Shown: piece after piece, positions 41,874-55,855 of the stretch | Layout of the letters: each line of letters begins with the position of its first letter | How positions within the stretch are numbered: position 1 is the first letter of the stretch | Origin: Eledone cirrhosa | Taxonomy: Eukaryota | NCBI GenBank assembly: GCA_964016885.1 | Contig: OZ024759.1 | Span: 9,858,001-9,922,000 of the forward strand | Reading direction: 5' to 3' | DNA: 64,000 nucleotides | The notes under the pieces: model-generated | What the model was told of the DNA's origin: nothing | The model's database searches: none | The model's input: only the letters and a program-made list of their open reading frames with translations | Program-made: the position numbers and the translations under genes

Positions 41874-44080
41874 CCCTTTAGCATTTAAACCGGTCATATC
41901 CGGTCAGAATTCTCTCACCTCTTTCTGTTTAAACCAGCCATAACTAACCACTCATACTTATGTTAAGGTATTGTTCTCAAAATAAATAATATCAAAATCT
42001 CGTAGATTCGATCTTATGTGAGATAATTATGTGAGGTAAAGCCTTTACCATGAAAATACAATAGTATATATAGAGTAATGTAAATGTTATGTGAAATATT
42101 ATGTGAGGTAAAGCCTTTACTGTGACAATACAATAGTATATATAGAGTAATGTGAATGTTATGTGAGGTATTATGTGAGGTAAAGCCTTTACTGTGACAA
42201 TACAATAGTATATATAGAGTAATGTAAATGTTATGTGAGATATTATGTGAGGTAAAGCCTTTACTGTGAAAATACAATAGTATATATAGAGTAATGTAAA
42301 TGTTATGTGAGATATTATGTGAGGTAAAGCCTTTACTGTGAAAATACAATAGTATATATAGAGTAATGTAAATGTTATGTGAGATATGTGAGGTAAAGCC
42401 TTTACTGTGAAAATACAATAGTATATATAGAGTAATGTAAATGTTATGTGAGATATTATGTGAGGTAAAGCCTTTACTGTGACAATACAATAGTATATAT
42501 AGAGTAATGTAAATGTTATGTGAGATATTATATAAGGTAAGGCCTTTACTGTGAAAATACAATCTATATATATAAAACTGTGGTTGTCTGTCTGTCTATC
42601 TATCGATTTTTGGCACACATCTCCTCTTAGAATCTCTGACGGAATTGCACCGAAATTGCTATACTTGTACATTGAGCCCTAGCGAAGACATCGGAAAAAA
42701 ATATTTCAAATTGACCCGCCCTATCTGACGAAATCGAATATAATGTATCGATTTTTTAGCGTAAGTTATCAGTTATTTCCCTTTGTTCTGTTTACATTGA
42801 GCGTCTTACGTAAAAAATTACGCTGGCTTTCTCAGCGTTTAAAATGACATTAACACAATACACGAACAGTTGTCGAGCCAGCAAAATATTGACCTGCAAA
42901 ATTCATCAGTTCGAACACTAAGCTTCCGTTTTGCTTCATTTCCATTTAAAAGCATTTTAAAACAATATTTTTACTTGAAAACAAGTCTATTTAAAGACTA
43001 CGTAAAACAAGCAAATATTTCGTCGTTAGGCGTGCAGACAGACAGTCGTGCAGACAGACAGTCGTGCAGAGAGGTGATATACGCGTGCAGACAGACAGTC
43101 GTGCAGAGAGGTGATATAGGCGTGCAGACAGACAGTCGTGCAGAGAGGTGATATAGGCGTGCAGACAGACATAACTGATAATTTGGTTACGCTAATGTTT
43201 TTCTCTGCGTTGCAGTGTTTACATTTTCGATCTTTGTTAATAAATAACCAGTGCAGTTTTTATCCCCAGCATCCTCTTTTGTTATAACATTCGGGTTATC
43301 GTTATGTTTTCTTAACTTCATAAGGCATATTGTTGGTTGAGGGAATATTAATCAAAAACACCACATGCAAGTCTGCACAGTAGACACTACAGTTTTTAAG
43401 CCAAAAAAGAAACTTAACATTGTAACTTTAACACAGCTACTGAGCGACCCCGAGCAACGCCGGGCTTTACTGCTAGTAGTATATATAGAGTAATGTAAAT
43501 GTTATGTGAGATATTATGTGAGGTAAAGCCTTTACTGTGACAATACAATAGTATATATAGAGTAATGTAAATGTTATGTGAGATATTATGTGAGGTAAAG
43601 TCTTTACTGTGACAATACAATAGTATATATAGAGTAATGTAAATGTTATGTGAGATATTATGTGAGGTAAAGCCTTTACTGTGACAATACAATAGTATAT
43701 ATAGAGTAATGTAAATGTTATGTGAGATATTATGTGAGGTAAAGCCTTTACTGTGACAATACAATAGTATATATAGAGTAATGTAAATGTTATGTGAGAT
43801 ATTATGTGAGGTAAAGCCTTTACTGTGACAATACAATAGTATATATAGAGTAATGTAAATGTTATGTGAGATATTATGTGAGGTAAAGCCTTTACTGTGA
43901 CAATACAATAGTATATACAGAGTAATGTAAATGTTATGTGAGATATTATGTGAGGTAAAGCCTTTACTGTGACAATACAATAGTAAATATAGAGTAATGT
44001 AAATGTTATGTGAGATATTATATAAGGTAAGGCCTTTACTGTGAAAATACATTAGTATATATAGAGTAAATGCTAAAGGG
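41874..44080 (+). mobile_element. piggyBac-like MITE copy 6, inserted into a SINE A, with a 72-bp array interrupted by a Helitron
   Basis: tttcatcc TTAA|CCCTTTAGCATT...tgctaaaGGG|TTAA ggggtcgataaa; flanks rejoin into the SINE core. Confidence 0.92.
42563..43476 (+). mobile_element. complete 914-bp non-autonomous Helitron
   Basis: A|TCTATATATATAAAAC...cccgagcaacgccggg hairpin...CTAG|T; no TSD; removal restores the unit aatacaa-tagtatatatagag. Confidence 0.92.
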
Positions 44081-44330
44081 TTAAGGGGTCGATAAAATTA
44101 AGTACCAGTAATGTACTAGTGGTGATTTAATGAACTTTGTCCTCTCCCAATATTGTTGACCATGAACCTAAATCAGAAACCATTGTCACAGTACATGAAG
44201 CAGTGGATGTCGTAATTGACACCAACCTCTTCTTCAGTTATACAGACAGCCAAATTTCACAACTGCCAACACCAGACACTAAACGATCAAACTTCCACAT
44301 CTGGAGTTCTACCATTTTTATCCTGTATCT

Positions 44331-47300
44331 CTTTCATTACCATATTTCTAATGAAAGACACTGTCTATGTCATTAACCCTTTCATTACCATATTTCTAAT
44401 GAAAGACACTGTCTATGTCATTAACCCTTTCATTACCATATTTCTAATGAAAGACACTGTCTATGTCATTAACCCTTCCATTACCATATTTCTAATGAAA
44501 GACACTGTCTATGTCACTAACCCTTTCATTACCATATTTCTAATGAAAGACACTGTCTATGTCATTAACCCTTCCATTACCATATTTCTAATGAAAGACA
44601 CTGTCTATGTCACTAACCCTTTCATTACCATATTTCTAATGAAAGACACTGTCTATGTCATTAACCCTTTCATTACCATATTTCTAATGAAAGACACTGT
44701 CTATGTCTTTAACCCTTTCATTACCATATTTCTAATGAAAGACACTGTCTATGTCATTAACCCTTTCATTACCATATTTCTAATGAAAGACACTGTCTAT
44801 GTCATTAACCCTTTCATTACCATATTTCTAATGAAAGACACTGTCTATGTCATTAACCCTTCCATTACCATATTTCTAATGAAAGACACTGTCTATGTCA
44901 CTAACCCTTTCATTACCATATTTCTAATGAAAGACACTGTCTATGTCATTAACCCTTCCATTACCATATTTCTAATGAAAGACACTGTCTATGTCACTAA
45001 CCCTTTCATTACCATATTTCTAATGAAAGACACTGTCTATGTCATTAACCCTTTCATTACCATATTTCTAATGAAAGACACTGTCTATGTCTTTAACCCT
45101 TTCATTACCATATTTCTAATGAAATACACTGTCTATGTCATTAACCCTTTCATTACCATATTTCTAATGAAAGACACTGTCTATGTCATTAACCCTTCCA
45201 TTACCATATTTCTAATGAAAGACACTGTCTATGTCATTAACCCTTTCATTACCATATTTCTAATGAAAGACACTGTCTATGTCATTAACCCTTTCATTAC
45301 CATATTTCTAATGAAAGACACTGTCTATGTCATTAACCCTTCCATTACCATATTTCTAATGAAAGACACTGTCTATGTCATTAACCCTTCCATTACCATA
45401 TTTCTAATGAAAGACACTGTTTATGTCTTTAACCCTTTCATTACCATATTTCTAATGAAAGACACTGTCTATGTCATTAACCCTTTCATTACCATATTTC
45501 TAATGAAAGACACTGTCTATGTCATTAACCCTTTCATTACCATATTTCTAATGAAAGACACTGTCTATGTCATTAACCCTTTCATTACCATATTTCTAAT
45601 GAAAGACACTGTCTATGTCATTAACCCTTTCATTACCATATTTATAATGAAAGACACTGTCTATGTCATTAACCCTTTCATTACCATATTTCTAATGAAA
45701 GACACTGTCTATGTCTTTAACCCTTTCATTACCATATTTATAATGAAAGACACTGTCTATGTCATTAACCCTTTCATTACCATATTTCTAATGAAAGACA
45801 CTGTCTATGTCTTTAACCCTTTCATTACCATATTTCTAATGAAAGACACTGTCTATGTCATTAACCCTTTCATTACCATATTTCTAATGAAAGACACTGT
45901 CTATGTCTTTAACCCTTTCATTACAATATTTCTATTGAAAGACACTGTCTATGTCTTTAACCCTTTCATTACCATATTTCTAATGAAAGACACTGTCTAT
46001 GTCATTAACCCTTCCATTACCATATTTCTAATGAAAGACACTGTCTGTGTCATTAACCCTTCCATTACCATATTTCTAATGAAAGACACTGTTTATGTCT
46101 TTAACCCTTTCATTACCATATTTCTAATGAAAGACACTGTCTATGTCATTAACCCTTTCATTACCATATTTCTAATGAAAGACACTGTCTATGTCATTAA
46201 CCCTTTCATTACCATATTTCTAATGAAAGACACTGTCTATGTCATTAACCCTTTCATTACCATATTTCTAATGAAAGACACTGTCTATGTCATTAACCCT
46301 TCCATTACCATATTTCTAATGAAAGACACTGTTTATGTCTTTAACCCTTTCATTACCATATTTCTAATGAAAGACACTGTCTATGTCATTAACCTTTTCA
46401 TTACCATATTTCTAATGAAAGACACTGTCTATGTCATTAACCCTTTCATTACCATATTTCTAATGAAAGACACTGTCTATGTCATTAACCCTTCCATTAC
46501 CATATTTCTAATGAAAGACACTGTTTATGTCTTTAACCCTTTCATTACCATATTTCTAATGAAAGACACTGTCTATGTCATTAACCCTTTCATTACCATA
46601 TTTCTAATGAAAGACACTGTCTATGTCATTAACCGTTCCATTACCATATTTCTAATGAAAGACACTGTTTATGTCTTTAACCCTTCCATTACCATATTTC
46701 TAATGAAAGACACTGTTTATGTCTTTAACCCTTCCATTACCATATTTCTAATGAAAGACACTGTTTATGTCTTTAACCCTTTCATTACCATATTTCTAAT
46801 GAAAGACACTGTCTATGTCATTAACCCTTTCATTACCATATTTCTAATGAAAGACACTGTCTATGTCATTAACCCTTCCATTACCATATTTCTAATGAAA
46901 GACACTGTTTATGTCTTTAACCCTTTCATTACCATATTTCTAATGAAAGACACTGTCTATGTCATTAACCTTTTCATTACCATATTTCTAATGAAAGACA
47001 CTGTCTATGTCATTAACCCTTTCATTACCATATTTCTAATGAAAGACACTGTCTATGTCATTAACCTTTTCATTACCATATTTCTAATGAAAGACACTGT
47101 CTATGTCATTAACCCTTTCATTACCATATTTCTAATGAAAGACACTGTCTATGTCATTAACCCTTCCATTACCATATTTCTAATGAAAGACACTGTTTAT
47201 GTCTTTAACCCTTTCATTACCATATTTCTAATGAAAGACACTGTCTATGTCATTAACCCTTTCATTACCATATTTCTAATGAAAGACACTGTCTATGTCA

Positions 47301-50300
47301 TTAACCCTTTCATTACCATATTTCTAATGAAAGACACTGTCTATGTCATTAACCTTTTCATTACCATATTTCTAATGAAAGACACTGTCTATGTCATTAA
47401 CCCTTTCATTACCATATTTCTAATGAAAGACACTGTCTAATGTCATTAACCCTTCCATTACCATATTTCTAATGAAAGACACTGTTTATGTCTTTAACCC
47501 TTTCATTACCATATTTCTAATGAAAGACACTGTCTATGTCATTAACCCTTTCATTACCATATTTCTAATGAAAGACACTGTCTATGTCATTAACCCTTTC
47601 ATTACCATATTTCTAATGAAAGACACTGTCTATGTCATTAACCTTTTCATTACCATATTTCTAATGAAAGACACTGTCTATGTCATTAACCCTTTCATTA
47701 CCATATTTCTAATGAAAGACACTGTCTATGTCATTAACCCTTTCATTACCATATTTCTAATGAAAGACACTGTTTATGTCTTTAACCCTTTCATTACCAT
47801 ATTTCTAATGAAAGACACTGTCTATGTCATTAACCCTTTCATTACCATATTTCTAATGAAAGACACTGTCTATGTCATTAACCTTTTCATTACCATATTT
47901 CTAATGAAAGACACTGTCTATGTCATTAACCCTTTCATTACCATATTTCTAATGAAAGACACTGTCTATGTCATTAACCCTTCCATTACCATATTTCTAA
48001 TGAAAGACACTGTTTATGTCTTTAACCCTTTCATTACCATATTTCTAATGAAAGACACTGTCTATGTCATTAACCCTTTCATTACCATATTTCTAATGAA
48101 AGACACTGTCTATGTCATTAACCGTTCCATTACCATATTTCTAATGAAAGACACTGTTTATGTCTTTAACCCTTTCATTACCATATTTCTAATGAAAGAC
48201 ACTGTCTATGTCATTAACCCTTCCATTACCATATTTCTAATGAAAGACACTGTCTATGTCATTAACCCTTTCATTACCATATTTCTAATGAAAGACACTG
48301 TCTATGTCATTAACCCTTTCATTACCATATTTCTAATGAAAGACACTGTCTATGTCATTAACCCTTTCATTATCATATTTCTAATGAAAGACACTGTTTA
48401 TGTCATTAACCCTTTCATTACCATATTTCTAATGAAAGACACTGTCTATGTCATTAACCCTTCCATTACCATATTTCTAATGAAAGACACTGTCTATGTC
48501 ATTAACCCTTTCATTACCATATTTCTAATGAAAGACACTGTCTATGTCATTAACCCTTTCATTACCATATTTCTAATGAAAGACACTGTCTATGTCATTA
48601 ACCCTTCCATTACCATATTTCTAATGAAAGACACTGTCTATGTCATTAACCCTTTCATTACCATATTTCTAATGAAAGACACTGTCTATGTCATTAACCC
48701 TTTCATTACCATATTTCTAATGAAAGACACTGTCTATGTCATTAACCCTTCCATTACCATATTTCTAATGAAAGACACTGTCTATGTCATTAACCCTTTC
48801 ATTACCATATTTCTAATGAAAGACACTGTCTATGTCATTAACCCTTCCATTACCATATTTCTAATGAAAGACACTGTCTATGTCATTAACCCTTTCATTA
48901 CCATATTTCTAATGAAAGACACTGTCTATGTCATTAACCCTTCCATTACCATATTTCTAATGAAAGACACTGTCTATGTCATTAACCCTTTCATTACCAT
49001 ATTTCTAATGAAAGACACTGTCTATGTCATTAACCCTTTCATTACCATATTTCTAATGAAAGACACTGTCTATGTCATTAACCCTTTCATTACCATATTT
49101 CTAATGAAAGACACTGTCTATGTCATTAACCCTTTCATTACCATATTTCTAATGAAAGACACTGTGTATGTCATTAACCCTTCCATTACCATATTTCTAA
49201 TGAAAGACACTGTCTATGTCATTAACCCTTTCATTACCATATTTCTAATGAAAGACACTGTCTATGTCATTAACCGTTCCATTACCATATTTCTAATGAA
49301 AGACACTGTTTATGTCTTTAACCCTTCCATTACCATATTTCTAATGAAAGACACTGTTTATGTCTTTAACCCTTCCATTACCATATTTCTAATGAAAGAC
49401 ACTGTTTATGTCTTTAACCCTTTCATTACCATATTTCTAATGAAAGACACTGTCTATGTCATTAACCCTTTCATTACCATATTTCTAATGAAAGACACTG
49501 TCTATGTCATTAACCCTTCCATTACCATATTTCTAATGAAAGACACTGTTTATGTCTTTAACCCTTTCATTACCATATTTCTAATGAAAGACACTGTCTA
49601 TGTCATTAACCTTTTCATTACCATATTTCTAATGAAAGACACTGTCTATGTCATTAACCTTTTCATTACCATATTTCTAATGAAAGACACTGTCTATGTC
49701 ATTAACCCTTTCATTACCATATTTCTAATGAAAGACACTGTCTATGTCATTAACCCTTCCATTACCATATTTCTAATGAAAGACACTGTTTATGTCTTTA
49801 ACCCTTTCATTACCATATTTCTAATGAAAGACACTGTCTATGTCATTAACCCTTTCATTACCATATTTCTAATGAAAGACACTGTCTATGTCATTAACCC
49901 TTTCATTACCATATTTCTAATGAAAGACACTGTCTATGTCATTAACCTTTTCATTACCATATTTCTAATGAAAGACACTGTCTATGTCATTAACCCTTTC
50001 ATTACCATATTTCTAATGAAAGACACTGTCTAATGTCATTAACCCTTCCATTACCATATTTCTAATGAAAGACACTGTTTATGTCTTTAACCCTTTCATT
50101 ACCATATTTCTAATGAAAGACACTGTCTATGTCATTAACCCTTTCATTACCATATTTCTAATGAAAGACACTGTCTATGTCATTAACCCTTTCATTACCA
50201 TATTTCTAATGAAAGACACTGTCTATGTCATTAACCTTTTCATTACCATATTTCTAATGAAAGACACTGTCTATGTCATTAACCCTTTCATTACCATATT

Positions 50301-52140
50301 TCTAATGAAAGACACTGTCTATGTCATTAACCCTTTCATTACCATATTTCTAATGAAAGACACTGTTTATGTCTTTAACCCTTTCATTACCATATTTCTA
50401 ATGAAAGACACTGTCTATGTCATTAACCCTTTCATTACCATATTTCTAATGAAAGACACTGTCTATGTCATTAACCTTTTCATTACCATATTTCTAATGA
50501 AAGACACTGTCTATGTCATTAACCCTTTCATTACCATATTTCTAATGAAAGACACTGTCTATGTCATTAACCCTTCCATTACCATATTTCTAATGAAAGA
50601 CACTGTTTATGTCTTTAACCCTTTCATTACCATATTTCTAATGAAAGACACTGTCTATGTCATTAACCCTTTCATTACCATATTTCTAATGAAAGACACT
50701 GTCTATGTCATTAACCGTTCCATTACCATATTTCTAATGAAAGACACTGTTTATGTCTTTAACCCTTTCATTACCATATTTCTAATGAAAGACACTGTCT
50801 ATGTCATTAACCCTTCCATTACCATATTTCTAATGAAAGACACTGTCTATGTCATTAACCCTTTCATTACCATATTTCTAATGAAAGACACTGTCTATGT
50901 CATTAACCCTTTCATTACCATATTTCTAATGAAAGACACTGTCTATGTCATTAACCCTTTCATTATCATATTTCTAATGAAAGACACTGTTTATGTCATT
51001 AACCCTTTCATTACCATATTTCTAATGAAAGACACTGTCTATGTCATTAACCCTTCCATTACCATATTTCTAATGAAAGACACTGTCTATGTCATTAACC
51101 CTTTCATTACCATATTTCTAATGAAAGACACTGTCTATGTCATTAACCCTTTCATTACCATATTTCTAATGAAAGACACTGTCTATGTCATTAACCCTTC
51201 CATTACCATATTTCTAATGAAAGACACTGTCTATGTCATTAACCCTTTCATTACCATATTTCTAATGAAAGACACTGTCTATGTCATTAACCCTTTCATT
51301 ACCATATTTCTAATGAAAGACACTGTCTATGTCATTAACCCTTCCATTACCATATTTCTAATGAAAGACACTGTCTATGTCATTAACCCTTTCATTACCA
51401 TATTTCTAATGAAAGACACTGTCTATGTCATTAACCCTTCCATTACCATATTTCTAATGAAAGACACTGTCTATGTCATTAACCCTTTCATTACCATATT
51501 TCTAATGAAAGACACTGTCTATGTCATTAACCCTTCCATTACCATATTTCTAATGAAAGACACTGTCTATGTCATTAACCCTTTCATTACCATATTTCTA
51601 ATGAAAGACACTGTCTATGTCATTAACCCTTTCATTACCATATTTCTAATGAAAGACACTGTCTATGTCATTAACCCTTTCATTACCATATTTCTAATGA
51701 AAGACACTGTCTATGTCATTAACCCTTTCATTACCATATTTCTAATGAAAGACACTGTGTATGTCATTAACCCTTCCATTACCATATTTCTAATGAAAGA
51801 CACTGTCTATGTCATTAACCCTTTCATTACCATATTTCTAATGAAAGACACTGTCTATGTCATTAACCCTTTCATTACCATATTTCTAATGAAAGACACT
51901 GTCTATGTCATTAACCCTTCCATTACCATATTTCTAATGAAAGACACTGTCTATGTCTTTAACCCTTTCATTACCATATTTCTAATGAAAGACACTGTCT
52001 ATGTCATTAACCCTTTCATTACCATATTTCTAATGAAAGACACTGTCTATGTCATTAACCCTTTCATTACCATATTTCTAATGAAAGACACTGTCTATGT
52101 CATTAACCCTTTCATTACCATATTTCTAATGAAAGACACT
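44331..52140. repeat. 48-bp satellite, about 163 copies (7.8 kb), inside the MFSD10-like A-B intron
   Basis: ttaaccctttcattaccatatttctaatgaaagacactgtctatgtca. Confidence 0.98.
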
Positions 52141-54392
52141 ACCTGCTTTAGCAGTTAAATGCTGAGCTGAACAATCTCCACTCTGTCTCAACATCCCCAG
52201 TTTGTTCAGGGAGTTCTCTGAATTTGGATGCAATAGTATCTACATACCTGGTCCTGACTTCCTTACCCACCATTGCTTCCCACTTTATCCTGTAGGTCAC
52301 CCTGGACCTGCCAGTTTTGTGGGCTTCTTTAGCTTTAGGCAATCTCAAGTTGCAGATAACTAGATGGTGATTAGTTGACAGCTCAGCCCCTCTCTTAACA
52401 TGACCATCCAACACAGAATCAAAGAATGAAAGAGGTTTAGTGCCAGAAGGCAGGAGGACCCCTTGGTTCAATCAAGAGATCAAAGGTGCCATTTGAGCAA
52501 AGACGGAGGCCTACAAAGCTTGGCTGGGAAATAAGTCCTCCTTCTTGAACTTGCAGTACAAGCAGGCATGAAGAATCGCAGCAGAAACAGTAAAGGTGTC
52601 CAAAGTTAAGACATGGGAGGACTTTGGGGTTATGCTGGAATCTGACTTCAGATCAGCAAATAAAGTATTCTGGCAGAACATCCACCAACTTCATAATAAG
52701 AAGCCCTCCTCCACACCTATCAAGAATGTGCCTGGAGTTCTCCTCTGTTCAGAGAGGTGAACCCTCGCGAGGTGGAGAAAATACCTTACTGATCTCCTAA
52801 ACCCGATCACAACAGCATCTTCTGATGTATATGAGGTGCATCTGGGAGCAGTGACTAATCTCTCAGAGACTGAGATCACAAGAGCAGTTAAAGAGCTCAA
52901 AAGTGGCAAGGTCGCTGGGCAAGATGAAATATCGCCTGAGATGTTAAAAGCCTTAAATAGAGAAAGTATTCTCTGGCTGACTTGTGTGTGGCGGGTGGCC
53001 TGGATCTCTGGAAAGGCACCTAAGTAGTGGCAATCGGGAGTGATAATCCCAATTATCAAAAAGGAAGACAAGAGAGATTGTAACAATTACAGAGGGATCT
53101 CCTTGTTAAGTCTCCCTGGTAAAGTCTATGCTAAGTGTCTGGCAAAGAGATGCTGGAAGATTGTCGAGTCCAAGCTAGCTGATGAACAGTGTGGTTTTCC
53201 TCCAGACACAGCACAGCCGACCAAATATTCACACTGTGGCAGGTATTCAAGAAATCGTGGGAAGTATATTCTTGTTTTGTCAACCTTGAGAAGGCATATG
53301 CCTGCATTCCTCAGGACCAGCTGTGGAAGGCTGTGCAGGAGTATGGGATCGGTGGTCAGCTTCTTGCTGCCCTGATGTCTCTATACAAATGCCCGAGTAT
53401 TTGTGTTTGGATAAATGGGGCTAAATTGAAACCATTTAATGTGGGAGTCAGACTCCACCAAGGGTGCGTACTGTCACCTCTCCTGTTCATTATTTACATG
53501 AATAGGATTGACACAGCCTGACTAGAATACACAGCCGGGTTGGAAGTGGTTTCATGACTGGTGGGTGTAGAATCAGTTGCCTGGAATTTGCAGACGACAT
53601 GGTGTTACTTAACTCAACAGAAGTTGATCTTCGACTTGCACTTTATAGGTTTGATGCTGAGTGCTGCATGGCTGGAATGAAAATCAATGCTGTGAAAACT
53701 GAGACACTCGTCCTCTCATGGAAGCCAGTACAGTGCATGCTACATGTGAATGGAGTTCCACTGAAGCAGGTAGAGAAGTTCAAGAACCTCGGGGCCGTGT
53801 TCACGAGTAATGGAAGGCAGGAGGCTGAATTAAGTGCAAGAATTGCAGGAGCTGGTGCAGTAATGCACCAGCTTCAGCATTCAGTAATCAGAAGAAGGGA
53901 GGTAGGTGTAAAAGTCAAACTCGCTGTCTTCAATTCGGTGTTTATGCCAACCCTTACCTATGGTCATGAATCTTGGGTAATGGCCGAAAGAATAAGATTG
54001 TGAATACAAGCGGCTAAAAAATGAGGTTCCCTCGAAGGGACTCTGGAGTAACGTTACTCGACAGAGTGCTTAACTCAGATCAGAGTCACTCCAGGTAGAG
54101 CTGCTACTTCTCCAAATTGATAAATCACAGCTCCAATATTATGGACATGTGGTTAGAATGTCTCAGCAAAGAATCGCTGGACAGATTTTACAGGCAAAAC
54201 CAACTGGTAGGAGACCCAGGGGTTGACTCCGAGCAAGATGGTTGGATAACATCCACGAGCTTGGCTGGTCTTGCTTGGGGATCCAGCTGGAGCAATTGGA
54301 GATGGTTGCTTCTGACATGACCTGCTGGAAGGAGTGTTTGAGGACTCTGCCCCCATGACCCTCTCAGGAATAAGTGGACAAAGGATGAGGAG
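52141..54392 (+). mobile_element. RTE-clade LINE, decayed, with inverted 5' segment (52141 to about 52430)
   Basis: Plus: RRTPWFN...IIPIIKKEDKRDCNNYRGISLLSLPGKVYAK...NLEKAY...HQGCVLSPLLF...FADDMVL...LTYGHESW; minus: AELSTNHHLVICNL (endonuclease C-terminus). Confidence 0.93.
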
Positions 54393-54727
54393 ACTTTCAT
54401 TAGAAATATGGTAAAAAGAAAAGGGGTTGAAACTCAGCACTGATCCTTTAAATGTCACCGCGACATCTTGGAGATTTTACTGCAACATTAGTAATTCTGG
54501 TAACCATAGGAAGATTAGTGTAATTGGGCTTCTGTAGTGTCCCCCTCCACTAATCACATCAGATAATAATATAGTTTCACTGATTATCATTCTACTACAG
54601 TGTCTTAAGTAATTAGTTGATTCTAATTAAGCTAATTTAAGTCTAATTAGTTGATGATAATGATAGCTGTTTTAATGAGAGGCATTGTTGTTATGGCAAC
54701 GGACAAACAAATAACATTCCTTGCATA

Positions 54728-54887
54728 TTATATGTGTCTGTGTGTGTGTGTGTGTGAGTGTCTATATGTGTGTGCATGTGTGTTTATATGTATGTGTGTG
54801 TGTTTATATATATGTATGTGTTAATATGTGTGTGTGTTTATATATATATGTGTGCTTTTATATGTATGTGTGAGAATGTGTGTATGC

Positions 54888-54923
<36 letters not shown>

Positions 54924-55132
54924 ATCTATATATATATATATATATATGTGTCTGTGTGTGTGTATGTGTATATATATATATGTGTGTATGCATATATATG
55001 TGCGTGTGCATGTATATCTATATATATATATGTGTCTGTGTGTGTGTGTATGTATATCTATATATATATATGTGTCTGTGTGTGTGTATGTATATCTATA
55101 TATATATATGTGTCTGTGTGTGAGTATGTGTA
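54728..55132. repeat. (TG)n/(TA)n compound microsatellite
   Basis: Direct reading. Confidence 0.9.
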
Positions 55133-55479
55133 CTTAAATTGTCATCATCACCATCATTATCATTTATATCAGAGGTTTTCAAACCTTTTTAGGCCACTGC
55201 CCCCCCCCCCCCCTCACAGCCACATAATACCCTCACTCCCTCCTCACAGCCACATAATACCCTCACTCCCTCACAGCCACATAATACCCTCACTCCCTCA
55301 CAGCCACATAATAGCCTCACTCCCTCACAGCCACATAATACCCTCACCCCCTCACAGCCCTATTTCCAGAGAGACCCACCTACGCTCAAATTATAAATAT
55401 TACATAACAAATAAAATTGCTAATTTATACATAATAAATAATATAATATATACTATGTATAAATAAATATTATACTCTT

Positions 55480-55780
55480 TTACCTGTTCCAGCCATCCGG
55501 CTGAGGCCATGCTGGGGCACCACCCTTGTTGCTACACATTCTATCTCCAGCCTGTGATGGCTGGCCACTGGTGCAAGAGGGAGTTTGTTGCTGCTGCCCT
55601 TAAGTTACCTTTGTACCGTGCTGTGGGCTCATCCGGGATCCTGGATAGCAAGGTGTCGAGATGTTTCTTGAAGACATCCACCTCCACACCATGCAGATCT
55701 CTCAGATCCTTCGGCAGCTTGTTGAAGAGTTGAGGGCCCTTGAACCCCAGGCTATTGCAATATCTGCTCCTTATTCTAGA
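55480..55780 (-). mobile_element. CR1/L2-group LINE 3' end
   Basis: RYCNSLGFKGPQLFNKLPKDLRDLHGVEVDVFKKHLDTLLSRIPDEP...AAATNSLLHQ. Confidence 0.8.
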
Positions 55781-55855
55781 TTCTATATTTTTTATTTTAC
55801 TATATTTATATATAATATTAGACCACCCATGACACAGGTCATGTTCACTTCAAAA

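Noticed and set aside
44216-52158. Three long ORFs (1074, 853, 697 aa) of ITIFLMKDTVYVINPF repeats
   Set aside because: Stop-free frame of a 48-bp satellite, broken by 1-bp insertions, antisense within an intron; no sign of codon-level selection.
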